A DNA stretch of 62,999 nt, taken from positions 124,001 through 186,999 of the forward strand of contig JBDOQK010000065.1 in the NCBI GenBank assembly GCA_040437565.1. The letters run 5' to 3'. The stretch comes from Albugo candida (Eukaryota). The position numbers were made by a program, and so were the translations under genes. The notes beneath the pieces were generated by a model. That model was not told where the DNA came from and did no database searches. It worked only from the letters and a program-made list of their open reading frames with translations. Positions 22,781-34,877 of this stretch are shown here, in pieces (positions within the stretch are counted from its first letter, which is position 1; the number at the start of each line of letters is the position of its first letter).

Positions 22781-25700
22781 TTCGTGGAAGTCAGTCTCCA
22801 TTCTGAGTTATTCGTCCTCCATGCGTCTTAAGACAGGTAAAAGTATCCTTTGTTTACGAATATATTCTCAATTATGTGCAATCATTTGCTCCCTTTTCGT
22901 CTTCAATTCACTCATCGCACGCCTTCATTTAGCTTCACCAAATTCCCGCATTCGTATCGAGTTGTAAAATCTTTGATGCCATAAGCCCATCCTTCTTTAC
23001 ACTTGTCCGTCAATAATCAATATAGGCACTTGTGGGGAACAAGGTCCTGGAAACCTTTTATGTGTATACGTGACCGATGGTGGGTTTCAAGGGTTTCTCA
23101 TGCCCCAAATGTAAACTAGAAACTTCATGATTGACACTCCGTCGCATTACTGACCATAGGAATTCCAACACACTCCAAGTGCCGCAACAAAAACCGCTTT
23201 CTGCCACAAAAGAGCTCGATAAGTTGGTGGATTTGAGATTGCAAAGCTTTGCTTGGGTGAAGTCGATATCTTTATAGATAATGTGTGAGCCAACCGTATG
23301 ACTTCTATATCCCCATGCTGAAGTGATTCAAAGTTGTTGCAGTGCTCGACCGTAGTGTTCGATGGCCACTTCTTGTACCTCTGCTATAAATTACCAGTGT
23401 TTGCTATGTTTGAATGGCAAATTTCTTGATTTAGTTCCATCATGAAGGATTTTGGAGCATGTACTATCGTTGTTGACCTTGTTCGAATTGCTTATACGAT
23501 CAGCTGTAGATCTCTACGTGCAAGCGACGCCATATTGCTCCATATGAGAGCATGTCATTGAACATGCCAAGTAAACGCCCGATAAAACACAAAATAGGCC
23601 ATCGCAATACTTCTCCTTTTGTAATTATGAGAATCCTGAGAGTTTGACCGCACCAACTCGCTGCAGACAATCATGTGACGTTGTGGAAGCAGTCGATATT
23701 GTTCTCGTACATCCGAAGCTGATAAAGTGATGTGCTAGTACTGAAGTTTTGCATCCAGCTCTTCTATTTATATAAGACGGGTCGAATGAGGCTTTAGGAT
23801 GCTGTGAACGATGTCGTTAATAGACGCTCCGGGCAATATGCGATCATATAAAAACCACTGAAGGTAGGACCTTCCGCTGATACACCTTTGACATGTTCTT
23901 CGTTTCGTTAGAGAATCGTGCTGTAAAATACATGATATGTATTCTTGAAAATGCCGCAAGTTGTAAATGACCACGCAATCACAAGCATTAAGTGCACAGC
24001 ATGCATGCTCATGGGTTATTCTTTCCGTACATTTGTAGCTGATACATTTTTAGGACAAGTCAGCGGATCTGAGATTTGTGGAAAGAGACATAAGGTATTC
24101 TCTCAATCCCAAATCGTCTTCTTGACATGTTCCCAGAGAACAGATTATACATTAGTGTCACTTAGATGCCATCCATGTGGTACACGACAATTGGATGATT
24201 TTGCATACAAAGTGACGTAAAGTTGCACGTCACAGAGACTGTATCAAGTCAGGCACCAAAATTCACTAATGAGTCTGACTGACGGAACCCAACGAATCGA
24301 TAGAAGACTGCCACCAATAGTCTGGCCATTTCATTGCTTCCATAGATACCAGAAACACAGTTACCTCGCAAAGACCAGCGCTGTAGATGCCTCGACTACA
24401 AGCACACTTGGTGAACCAAAGCTCCTGGTGTAGTGCTGCCGCAAGGTTATTGGAATAGACCGACTGCTTTCTGAAGAGATTGAGAGAGTTTATATTGCAA
24501 GCGCTTGACCTGGTGCATCGGTGAGATTTTGAAAGCTCTGTAACAGTCTACTTCTGGAGCGTAAACGCGCAATGAAATTGACGAGATTTTGTGCGGAGTA
24601 AAATGTGTAGAACGCATATATGTCTTGATTCTTGTTCAAGCCCTCCCACCAACTTTGTAGACGTCCTATCCAAGCATATTTGTGGCATCGAAAGTGACGT
24701 TTTCACGGTACATCCATGAACGACATGCATGTAATTGGATACAAGACGGCGCAAAACGCAATAACCCGAGATCTCTATCATGGCGCTCATCTTTTTTGCG
24801 AGAAAGAAAGCTGCACTGAGAGCGTTTATTGTAAATCTGAAAACCTAAAAAACAATCGGCTTTCCAAATCGACAAGAGCCTCTAGTTGGATAGGGTAGAA
24901 CGGCTGCTTCACATGCAGCAAGAGGAACAGAATACACCAAGAGGATCGAATAAGCCGCCATGCTATCAAATTGGAAATGCTCAACTTGTTTGGAAAAGGT
25001 TGGTCTGGGGTCCTCTACCAATGAAACTCCACCAATGCAAATATGGTGTACAAAATGGATCCAATATGTGATTCCGATGTTTAGAGAGGGTCTCCACAAG
25101 TCACATTCTACCCCTGAAGAAGTGTCTCACCACGAAGTGAAGTGGTGGACCATTCTCATATCCGCTTTTTCTCTTATACAAGTGATTGAGTGCATCATGC
25201 TTCATTTCGAGACTGCTGGAATCACCTCCGCGGGGACACGAGAAAACATTTACACTGACAGCTATGGAATTTTACAAAATCTGATATTATCCAAGGTTTA
25301 TCCTTCTATCATAGTGAGGTGCAATCATGTGAGAAAGCGGTCGAGCTCTACTCCTTTCTGCTGTATAGAATCATATCGACTATTGGAGCGCATCTCACCA
25401 TAAAGAACTCTATCCGCTTTGATTGTACAACTGTATAAACTGTGTGACATAATATTATTATGAAGTATTGTTGACTTTTCCTTTTCATTCAACAACCAGG
25501 AAATCTTCCTCTTCTCATTCTTACTCAAAAAAACGAAGTGAAAGAAAACTTTTTTATGCATTCACAGTACGGGTGTCTGAAGTCAACTTTTACTAATGCT
25601 GGTTTTCACGTCGATTCCATGGAGATGTGTTGATGTAAAAGAAAATTGGCGGACTGATCACAGGTTGACAAATGATGCGTTCAACACGACGCTCAGTTAT

Positions 25701-25950
25701 TATCTGTCTCTAGCAATCGTTAAGAGCTTTTACCTATCCGTTCTTATTAAATTGAGGATGGCTTCCATGTATTAGAAATCACAGAGAGGACGAACGAGAA
25801 TGAATTTGAAATTGAATTAGCATCCGAAATCATTGTCTGCTGTCGACTGTTTGAGTGGTCAACTCGTATCAAAGTCAGACTTTCCTGCAAGCAGTGTTGC
25901 TGCAATACATTGAATAGTATTAATCACATATGGTACAAAAAATATTTGAA

Positions 25951-28900
25951 TCAAAATGTTGCTTTGAAGATGGTCACTACACTCTTTTTCATTTTTTTCA
26001 TGCGTCTATACAAAGATACAGTCAGTTTCTTACTCGGACTTGCATTTAAATGGGATACAAGCGCTCCATATTTTCGTGGAGTGCCCTGTGAAGGTAATCG
26101 CGTTCGGGATACCAGTACCTCCTTCAGCATTGCGACGCGCGCAAGAGCAGTAGTCGGCTGATTCATATCCTGACACCATTTGCGAATGATTTGAGCTTTG
26201 ATGCACGCATGCTCTTTCTCGTCAATTCGACCTCGGAGATATAGGTCCGCAACGTCATACAATTGTTCTTCCATCTTGATGACATGCTCTCGTTCTTCAG
26301 TNNNNNNNNNNNNNNNNNNNNNNNNNNNNNNNNNNNNNNNNNNNNNNNNNNNNNNNNNNNNNNNNNNNNNNNNNNNNNNNNNNNNNNNNNNNNNNNNNNN
26401 NTGGAGTGCCCTGTGAAGGTAATCGCGTTCGGGATACCAGTACCTCCTTCAGCATTGCGACGCGCGCAAGAGCAGTAGTCGGCTGATTCATATCCTGACA
26501 CCATTTGCGAATGATTTGAGCTTTGATGCACGCATGCTCTTTCTCGTCAATTCGACCTCGGAGATATAGGTCCGCAACGTCATACAATTGTTCTTCCATC
26601 TTGATGACATGCTCTCGTTCTTCAGTGTCCTGATCTTCAACAATTGGAGGTGATACGATTGTATTTTCACTAGAGCCATCGTGCATCAGAGCTGCAGATT
26701 TCGTGTTGGAGTGCTTTATTGGGCTCATTTTTGGATAAAGTGGATTGGGAAAATCAGCGACAACATCCCTTTCACGACTTGCTCTGCGTTTGTATACCGT
26801 GTCTCTTGTGTTAGCCAATCCAGAACACACAGAGGTCGATGAGAATATCGATGGAATTGCATTGCTGCTCCCACTTCTCCGTCTGAAATGCTCTCCTAAT
26901 TTGATAGAATCTGAATTGGAATTCGTTTGTTTAGATGCTTCCAGTTGTTGTCGCATTTCTATTTTTTTCGCTTCATACGCCGCAAATCGTTCCATTACTT
27001 CGTCCTTGTGGATGAGCCTCAATTCGTGAACAATGGAAGGCTCCAGCTGATTGATGATGTATCGGCTCGTGTCTAGAAAACTTCGAATATCACGACTTGT
27101 TCCGAGTGTGAAGATCCCTTTTCCAGGAATGTTTACTCCACTGCTAAGGTACTCATTGATGGTCAACAACACTTCTCCTGCATCTTTGGTTTCTAAAAGT
27201 GGGACTCGTAATGTGAAGAAAATGGCAATTCCAACACCCAACAACACACGCGAAGCTGATTGATTTTCTTGTGCACGAGTGAACAGCATGTCGATGACTT
27301 GCATACCACCACTAACTGGTAATGAAGTCAGAAAGCATGTGACGAGCCACTTGGTGCACAAAATCTCCATATTTAGGCCCAGCACTTGCAAGTGAGCGTG
27401 CAGTTGCACATCATTTTGAAAAAGTAATGTGTCCATCACTGCACAATCGGTGTGTAAACCGATCATTGAATCGACGTGATATGCAGGTAACAGCTCCTCA
27501 ATGAGAAGAATTAAGGCGCACAACGTATGCTCTTTGTCAAGATAACGTAGTAGTACGATCAAAATTTCATTCATCCCTTGACAATATCCAACGCGACGAT
27601 TTCTTCTAGCAAATTCGATTAGAATCTGACGAATGTCGTTGATAACTACTGGGTTGATATCTCTTGTTCGTGAAATGTCAGTCTCAATAGCTTTCCAGAC
27701 TTCTGCATCTAGATCCTCACACGTGCTGGAAGGTGCCTCATCTCTACTCAAGGTCTCTAGATTTGAGGCGAATGAAGTCACATCTTCCAACAGAATGACC
27801 CAAACCCATGACCGATGCTCTTCTGGGATACCATGAAGACTCTGTGCTCGAACCTGATTGACAAATGACTGCCACACAGTCTCTACAGATCGATCTGCTA
27901 TTTGTGTAAATCTCGCTCTCAGTGCATCCCACGCCCGAAAAGAAGACTTATCGTACGCCAAATCGACACTAGCACTGAATCCATACATTCTTCCCTGATC
28001 TTGAACGCGTAAGGACCGCGGCGTGACCGCTAAGACTCGTTTTGAAGCATCTTTCTTACTCATTCGGAGCGAAGTGCTGTTCGACCGTCTTCGATTCACT
28101 TTTCGTATGCCTTCATCCAACTTCTCCAAAACCTCCATTTGTGTTGGTGTCGTGACGATTTCTAATGCCACACTTTCATCATCTCGCTCCTCAAACCCCA
28201 ACCAGTGTTCACTACAGTCTTTAAATGATTCCCTTTCTGGCAACTTGGGTCGCCTCAAATCTTTTCCTTCGCCGTCCTCTTGATCGATATGCTTCCACTG
28301 GATGATCAGCCGGATATTCTGCCCTCTACCTCTGCGACTATTACTTCGTGCTCGTTCCTGAACGTCAGCGTTCGATGATGAAGCAGTCTTTCTGGTAACA
28401 ATCGCGTCTGCCTGGAATTGTTCTTCTTGTTGCTTTACATATAAATATAGGCGTTGCCTTAAGGATTGCAGCTTTTCGTCGTTTACGTGAGAGTGAATAA
28501 AGACCACCAAATCCAAAAAAGAATTTGCGACCACGGCTTCTTGTAAACTTGTAAAGCAGAATTCCACAATGAGTTCAATCATCACACTTGGATCTTGGAC
28601 TTCCACTAAATATCGACTTAGATACAATAAAATGGCCAAAGAGGTCGCAAATATCACTTTTGCATCGAAACGAGAGCAGCAAATATCGACAAAAAGCAAG
28701 TCATAGAGACGACAGACAACTTCGAATGGAATTGACTCGGCAAAAAAAGAAAAGAACCACTTGGTGCACAGCAATTGTACGGTGATCCCAACGTCTATAC
28801 AAAAAGAAGCATCAGAAGGAGTAGAATCGTGTCAGTTCCTCGGATATTGTACCACTAAAGTGACGACCGAGGATAGGATCGTACTGGTCCAATAATTCCT

Positions 28901-29588
28901 GCAGCACTAAACAATCGACTTGAAAGTCTAAGATCGAAGCTTCATGATATTTCGGCAACAATACTTCCATTAAGAGTCGAAATCCCCAAAAGGAGTCTTT
29001 TTCTGATAAAAATGTGCTCAAAACGACACAGATTTCGACCATTCCCTACCACAAGAAAAGCTCAATCAATTGCAAATTGCGAATTTTAAGAGATTTTATA
29101 GATTTATTTACATGGCAGTAATAAAACTCGTCCCGTGACTCTGTGTACGCCAGCATAATCCTCTTAATCTTCTCTTCCTGAACTTGATTCAAGTGATCAA
29201 AGCGCTCAATCGCGACTTCTTGTGCCTGTGCAAGCGTATTTACAATGGTTCCTCCATTCATACCGCTACTTTCTTCGCATTCCTCTTCGCATTTTGCATT
29301 CGTTTGTGCTCTCGATGCGCTGGTTTCCAACGCCACTTCTTCAATATTTCTAATGAGTTCTTCGTACGAATATAGACTCTCGCAGTTTTCAGCTTGCAGC
29401 TTTTGTGTCTGGGAATGAAGTAACACGGGCCAAGCCCATTCACGATGACTCGGAGGTATTCCGTGATGTTGTATTGCTTCTAGTATCATGGGATTGTGGA
29501 GCATGGAGTGATATTGTCGCCCATGATCCTCGCTGACGCGATCCAGCTGTTGATATTCTTCATACAATTGACGCCATAATTGCTCCAT
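25951..29588 (-). CDS. Rab-GAP protein with two TBC domains
   Basis: TBC1: GIPPSHREWAW, YCH/GMVEI, LLCTKWFFSFF. TBC2: GIPEEHRSWVW, IETDISRT, GYCQGMNEI, KWLVTCF. Introns 29046-29111 and 28795-28852; the 3' end is duplicated across gap 26302-26401. Confidence 0.9.
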
Positions 29589-30123
29589 AATGAGAGAAAG
29601 TCAATGCAAACACGTATAAAGTACAAGCACACGCAGCACGCAACGCACGAAGGAGGCGACTCGAGTCGATTTTACTGTTCGATTGTTTCAGTAAGTATCG
29701 ATTGTAAGCCTCTATTATCAAATATTTACGTGAAAAACATATTATTTAATATCACATTTTCTTGCGTCATTCCTGAGACTCCATAAGGTGAGACCACGAA
29801 AGTGAATGAGACACCTCATTATAGTACTTTAGAACTAGCTCTTATAAAAATTGGTCGTCAGCATGCACACTTTTGCGTGTCCAACTAATTGCAAACTTAA
29901 TAGAGCTTTACAAGTAGAGTAAGTCAAAGTACTCAAAACAATATCGCGTTGTTCGGAACTTATGAATCGTCTGCTTGGCATTACATTGATACAAATGATC
30001 TACACACATCATGCACCACTTATTCAATTCCTATTGTAAATATACGTCACGCTTTTGCAGTAAGCACGCCAAGTGATGCTCAAATCTGATCGTGAAAAAC
30101 GTGGAAATAATATGAATTATTCG

Positions 30124-31036
30124 CTAAAGCTCTGCTGATTGGCTATTAGACAAAAGCAAGGACTCTTGTTTCTTGTCGTTGATATACGCATCTTGCGCTT
30201 CTTCCCTTGCTTGTATCAGGACACTCTATTTTATTTCATATATATGAGCCACCAGCGCAAATCAATATAAGTGTCTACCTTTGCGTGTTTGACGCTTTTC
30301 GGATTAGCTTTCTTGGTATTACGTACCACAACGTCCTCTACCTTACTGTCCGCATCATCGTCGATAGGAGCGTTGGTCATTGTGAATGAATGTGCGCCCT
30401 CTGAAGCCGAAGTGAATCCGCTGCTGCAGGAAGTAAGGAGATCCGTTGGAAGTTGATTGCGGAGATAGCTACAATATTCGAAACGCGCCGACCACAACTC
30501 CTGGTGGTCAGTGGTACCGGAACAATAATGCTCACATCCAGTTTTACTTCCTTCACAGCGTATCAGTGCATTATCGGATAGAAAGACAAGTACAGCCANN
30601 NNNNNNNNNNNNNNNNNNNNNNNNNNNNNNNNNNNNNNNNNNNNNNNNNNNNNNNNNNNNNNNNNNNNNNNNNNNNNNNNNNNNNNNNNNNNNNNNNNAC
30701 AAGTACAGCCAGAAAGTACCCGAGCTGTAGCCGTTTTGACAAGTGGACCGGAACAATAATGCCCACATCCAGTTTTACTTCCTTCACAGCGTATCAGTGC
30801 ATTATCGGATAGAAAGACAAGTACAGCCAGAAAGTACCCGAGCTGTAGCCGTTTTGACAAGTGGAAAATAGATCTGGGCGGGGTAGCCGCTCACGCCACA
30901 AAGAGCATTTTTCTTCCATTTGCTTCATTACTTCGGAAGTACAAACCCCAATGCATTGCTCAGTATCATTGCCTGCTATCTGGACGTATTCCATGCTCCA
31001 CACCATCACAACAGCAACACAGGGGAGAAGTTGCAT
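30124..31036 (-). CDS. Small Cys-rich secretory-pathway protein with two C-x6-LP...C-x2-G[YF] repeats and C-terminal SAEL
   Basis: Signal peptide MQLLPCVAVVMVWS...; predicted introns 30782-30837 and 30226-30278 restore the frame; repeats CSLWRERLPRPDLFSTCQNGY and CSYLRNQLPTDLLTSCSSGF; locally misassembled at the gap. Confidence 0.65.
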
Positions 31037-31145
31037 ATTGAAAGCGAACGCGGTTGCAAAGTGTTTTCAGCGGACAATTTCGTGTGCCGTTTTGAGAAGA
31101 CGCATTATTGGATCTAAATTCAAATTAAAACGATTTTTTAATTGC

Positions 31146-32488
31146 TTACAACTGACAAATGTTCAGACTCGGCAGATAATCCATTGAGAGAGCTAGAAAG
31201 TGTAATCGTCGACGTAAGAGATACGCTTGAAATACTTGGGGTAATCTCTCAGATCCAAGACCATCCATACATTCAAAGCTTTTTTGTTTAGCCAAATCAA
31301 CATTTAACCGGCGAAATCTCGGCGTGATATGCGTTGGATTCGGATTGTACATTCGACTGAGTTTAACCTTTGCGGTCGGAGAACGCCCAGCCGGATGCGG
31401 CTCTAGAAGCGCCTTTCCGTTCACGTACAAGACTTGAGATGGTTCGGTATCGAGCTCATATGGAACGAAGTGAGCCATACTTCCACATAATGTGTTGGGA
31501 TGCTTCTTGAGACACCCATTTGGAACAGAATCGAGAAGACTCAATCCCCAAGGAGAGAAAAAGTAATCTTGCTGCGCCAATTCGAAGGCAAGCCAATATG
31601 CCTCCTTATCGCCCCTAGAAAGCGCAAGTGAGAAAGAAAATGCATACGCGAGTCAAAAGACCCTTACCAGGAAAATCTCAATTCATAACGCACGTGAAAG
31701 ATCAAGTACTCTAGTATTTTCATTGCTTTCCCGGCTCTCGATTTGTCGATCAAAACGAGTGAGGAGTCTTGTTCGTGAGCAACATTGTATCGATACGTTA
31801 ATGACCTTTTGAGGTGCTCGGAAGGATTGGGACCTTGTAATCCGAATTGGGCGTAGTCAAATGTGCTGATGAGATGACGCAATAATGGTGTTCCATTGAT
31901 GCGTCTGGCTAAGAAATTATGCAACTTTACATGCCGATCGTAAAAAAAGGTGGTCCCCGTCTTCGTATACCCACTCAGCCGTCGAAGACTGGCTGGATCT
32001 TGTAGAAAAATATCGTCCGCGTCCATGAGCACAACTTCTGTCAGATTCGTTAAAATCAATGCAAGAGGCTTGATCCAATATCCTTGAAAGTCGGAAGGTC
32101 GGACACCTTTTGGGAACATATTCTGACGCTGTGCTTGCTCACATATATCGATTATTTGAATATGGTCGTCAATGCTTCGAAGCAGCTGTTGCGATCGCGT
32201 GGAGAGCTCGTTCATACAGTGATGCACTTGAATTATCTCTTTATTCCCAAGGCAGCGCAATTCACGGATGAGCGAGACGCCCATTTCCATGGCTTCTTCA
32301 AATAGACACAGTATGATTCCTGAGGAAGCTTCGCCATGAGCAGTTCGGCCAGCTCGAGGTCGTATAAGGTACCTGTACGGAACTTTTGGATCAAGTTTCC
32401 CAGTGAATAGGAACACAATAAAGTACAAAAACAACGACAGTAAACTCAGACTACGCCATAATCGCGTGAATCGGATCGGAATCCGCAT
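31146..32488 (-). CDS. Alpha-mannosyltransferase, GT71 (MNN1/MNN2-like), type II membrane protein
   Basis: N-terminal TM; WIKPLAL, VVLMDADD (DxD), GTTFFYDR, EQDSSLVLIDK; intron 31615-31667 joins FSW/GDKEAYWLAFEL. Confidence 0.9.
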
Positions 32489-32536
32489 TATACGAACGAA
32501 TGCTCCAGAAATAGGATATTGTCAAGCGTCTAAATC

Positions 32537-34835
32537 ATGCGAAATAAAAGCGCTTTATATTGTGAAATTGATATTGCAAAATGGAGAAAAGCGATACATC
32601 GCTGTCTGCAGTCAAAAGGATGCGTGTTATTGGATTCTGAAAAACGATGTGGCACAATTTTATGTTGTATTGTTCCGGGTATTTTATATCATCCGTTGCA
32701 GTCCTTACTCTATCGTAGAGAAAGCACTAGCGAGGTGTCGCAGTGTATCTGTATCTATCGGCTGCATCCAGTCGTGAACGATCTTTTGAAAAATGTATCA
32801 CATTCATTGAGTGAGGAGGACCAGAGCATACTACTGCGAGCTTTTTTGTATACACCAGACACGCATGGTATGTCTTGGATGGAATCAACACAGTGTGCAA
32901 GTGTACTGAATCTACATGATGACGTTATTCTTCCATACTGTCGAGACGCTGAGAACGCACGAACGGTTTTGATCAATATCAATGAAGCTCTCGCCATAAT
33001 CGAAAGCCGTCACTTTGGTGGTGGACGCATCAGAATATTAATTTCGCATCAGAATGGTTATTTTGGACGGGATTTTGATTTCTTTAACGCTAAAATCACT
33101 CGTTTCATACGTTTGGAAAAGGAGGAAGACGTCGCATTGACTGAAAATCTTGTGAAAAAATTTGATAGTTTTTGTGAAAAGTATCAAACAGAATGTCAAG
33201 TAGCAACTCAAGTGCGGAGACCATCAACGACAGTTGGATTGGATTTGAATGTACACGTGAATGCTCAGTACAACGTATGGATGGATCCATCTCGACTTGA
33301 GCAAGAATCTGAGTTTGGAACTGATTGGATGCAAGGACACATGTTCAAGCTTACCTTTGTATGGAACGGACTTGAGAATACTCGCGCGTTTTTGTGTCCA
33401 CCTATCGAGTCATCTGAAGCTCATATATTGTTCTCAGTCCAATTGCGACAAGCAACTTCTGACGACCCACATCCGAATGTAGCGTCTACTTCGTCCCCGG
33501 AATACCAGCCATGCCACTGGGAACGCGATCTTTACTTACTGCGTGCTTTAGGGAAGGTATGCTCACACAAGAGGATTTGTCGCTGTGTACCTGAAGCCCT
33601 TTTTGCATGCAGACATTGGAAAATCCGAAACATCGTACCAAAGAGCATGACGATGGTATGTGTAGTGAAGAAAGGCGAGTCGGCATTATAAACGATTTCC
33701 GGGAGCTTTTGGTCAAGTCTGTTTCGACCCATTCCGTTGGGCCCCTTGTAGCACCAGACAGCGAGAATGGAATGTCTAGCGACTCACCAGGTTCAAAATT
33801 ATCGACGAGATGGATGCTTCTTCTAACTTGGTTTCTGAAGTGCTAAAGCGCTGTAATTTCGACTTGCTTGAGAAAATCTGGGTATTCTTTGCGTCTTCAG
33901 GAGCATCCGTCAGATTGGTGATCGATCTGATGCAGGAGACTTTCCGATGGCTATCCTCGATCCGATCAATGCCATTATTACACGCAACAAATCAAACAGC
34001 ACTGGCAAACTATGTCAGATTGCAACTGGAGTATACAAGAGCAAAATCGAATGGAAACGCACAACAAGCAGCAGAACACGCAGCTCAATTGAAAACTCTG
34101 CAGAGTTTGAACGAAGCATTGGAAGCTCTATCGGAGCTCGGACGTTGGAAGATCGGTCGTGATATTGCGCATTATCTCTCAAAATTGGGTATTTTATCAG
34201 AGTCCGTCACCACTGCAATACAAAACCTGATGGTGGATGGCGATGTACGGCTGCATCCGCGTGATGTGATCACGATCATTCTCGTGGTGCGCTTTCTATC
34301 AAGCGCAGGAGTAACTCACGATAAATGTCGCGGATATGTTGAATCCATTTGCATTTTACTGGAACAACAGCGATCAGAATTCCGAAAGGATCGCTGGACC
34401 TCAAAAAGAATATGCGTCAAGTGGCCAGTATCAGCAGCTATCATCATGCGCTCAGAGAGCGTCCGGCGATTGTTACCAGGTGCGTATGAGCGAATACTCT
34501 ATTTGATAAAAGCTGCACTGACGCTGATTGTAGACTTGGCAACATGGGATTTGCAATTGACAAACGACACTGCTATTCAGCGGCATGTACGATTATGCAG
34601 GCAATCCATTGAATCGTGGCATCCCACGTGGAAGACTATGCGCTTTGAAAGCGAGACAACTCTAAGGTTGGACGCTTCCACATTGCAACGATTGCGTCGT
34701 GTTCCTATACATATCGCTTCAATCCCGGCTATCCACAGTTTCCTGCGTGATACGGCTTCAAAAGCGTCCGTTATTGAATCAGTCGATTATCAGTGTTACG
34801 TCTGCACCATCGAAGCGATTCAGTATGGAGAATAA
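32537..34835 (+). CDS. ZWILCH: Zwilch-like kinetochore RZZ subunit (multi-exon)
   Basis: ORFs 32537-33691, 33607-33846 and 33810-34835 are joinable by GT-AG introns; NFDLLEKIWVFF, MPLLHATNQTALA and LSELGRWKIGRD resemble conserved Zwilch blocks. Confidence 0.65.
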
Positions 34836-34877
34836 TCGAGCGGATATGTCGACAATGTAATGTGATGAAAATACATT

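Noticed and set aside
30699-30866. About 120-bp local tandem repeat
   Set aside because: Abuts a gap and scrambles exon order; most likely misassembly of two alleles.
30446-31036. CHxC/CCG-type Albugo effector (CEHYC/CGHYC)
   Set aside because: Motif position and spacing do not fit, and the spliced product ends in an ER-retrieval-like SAEL.
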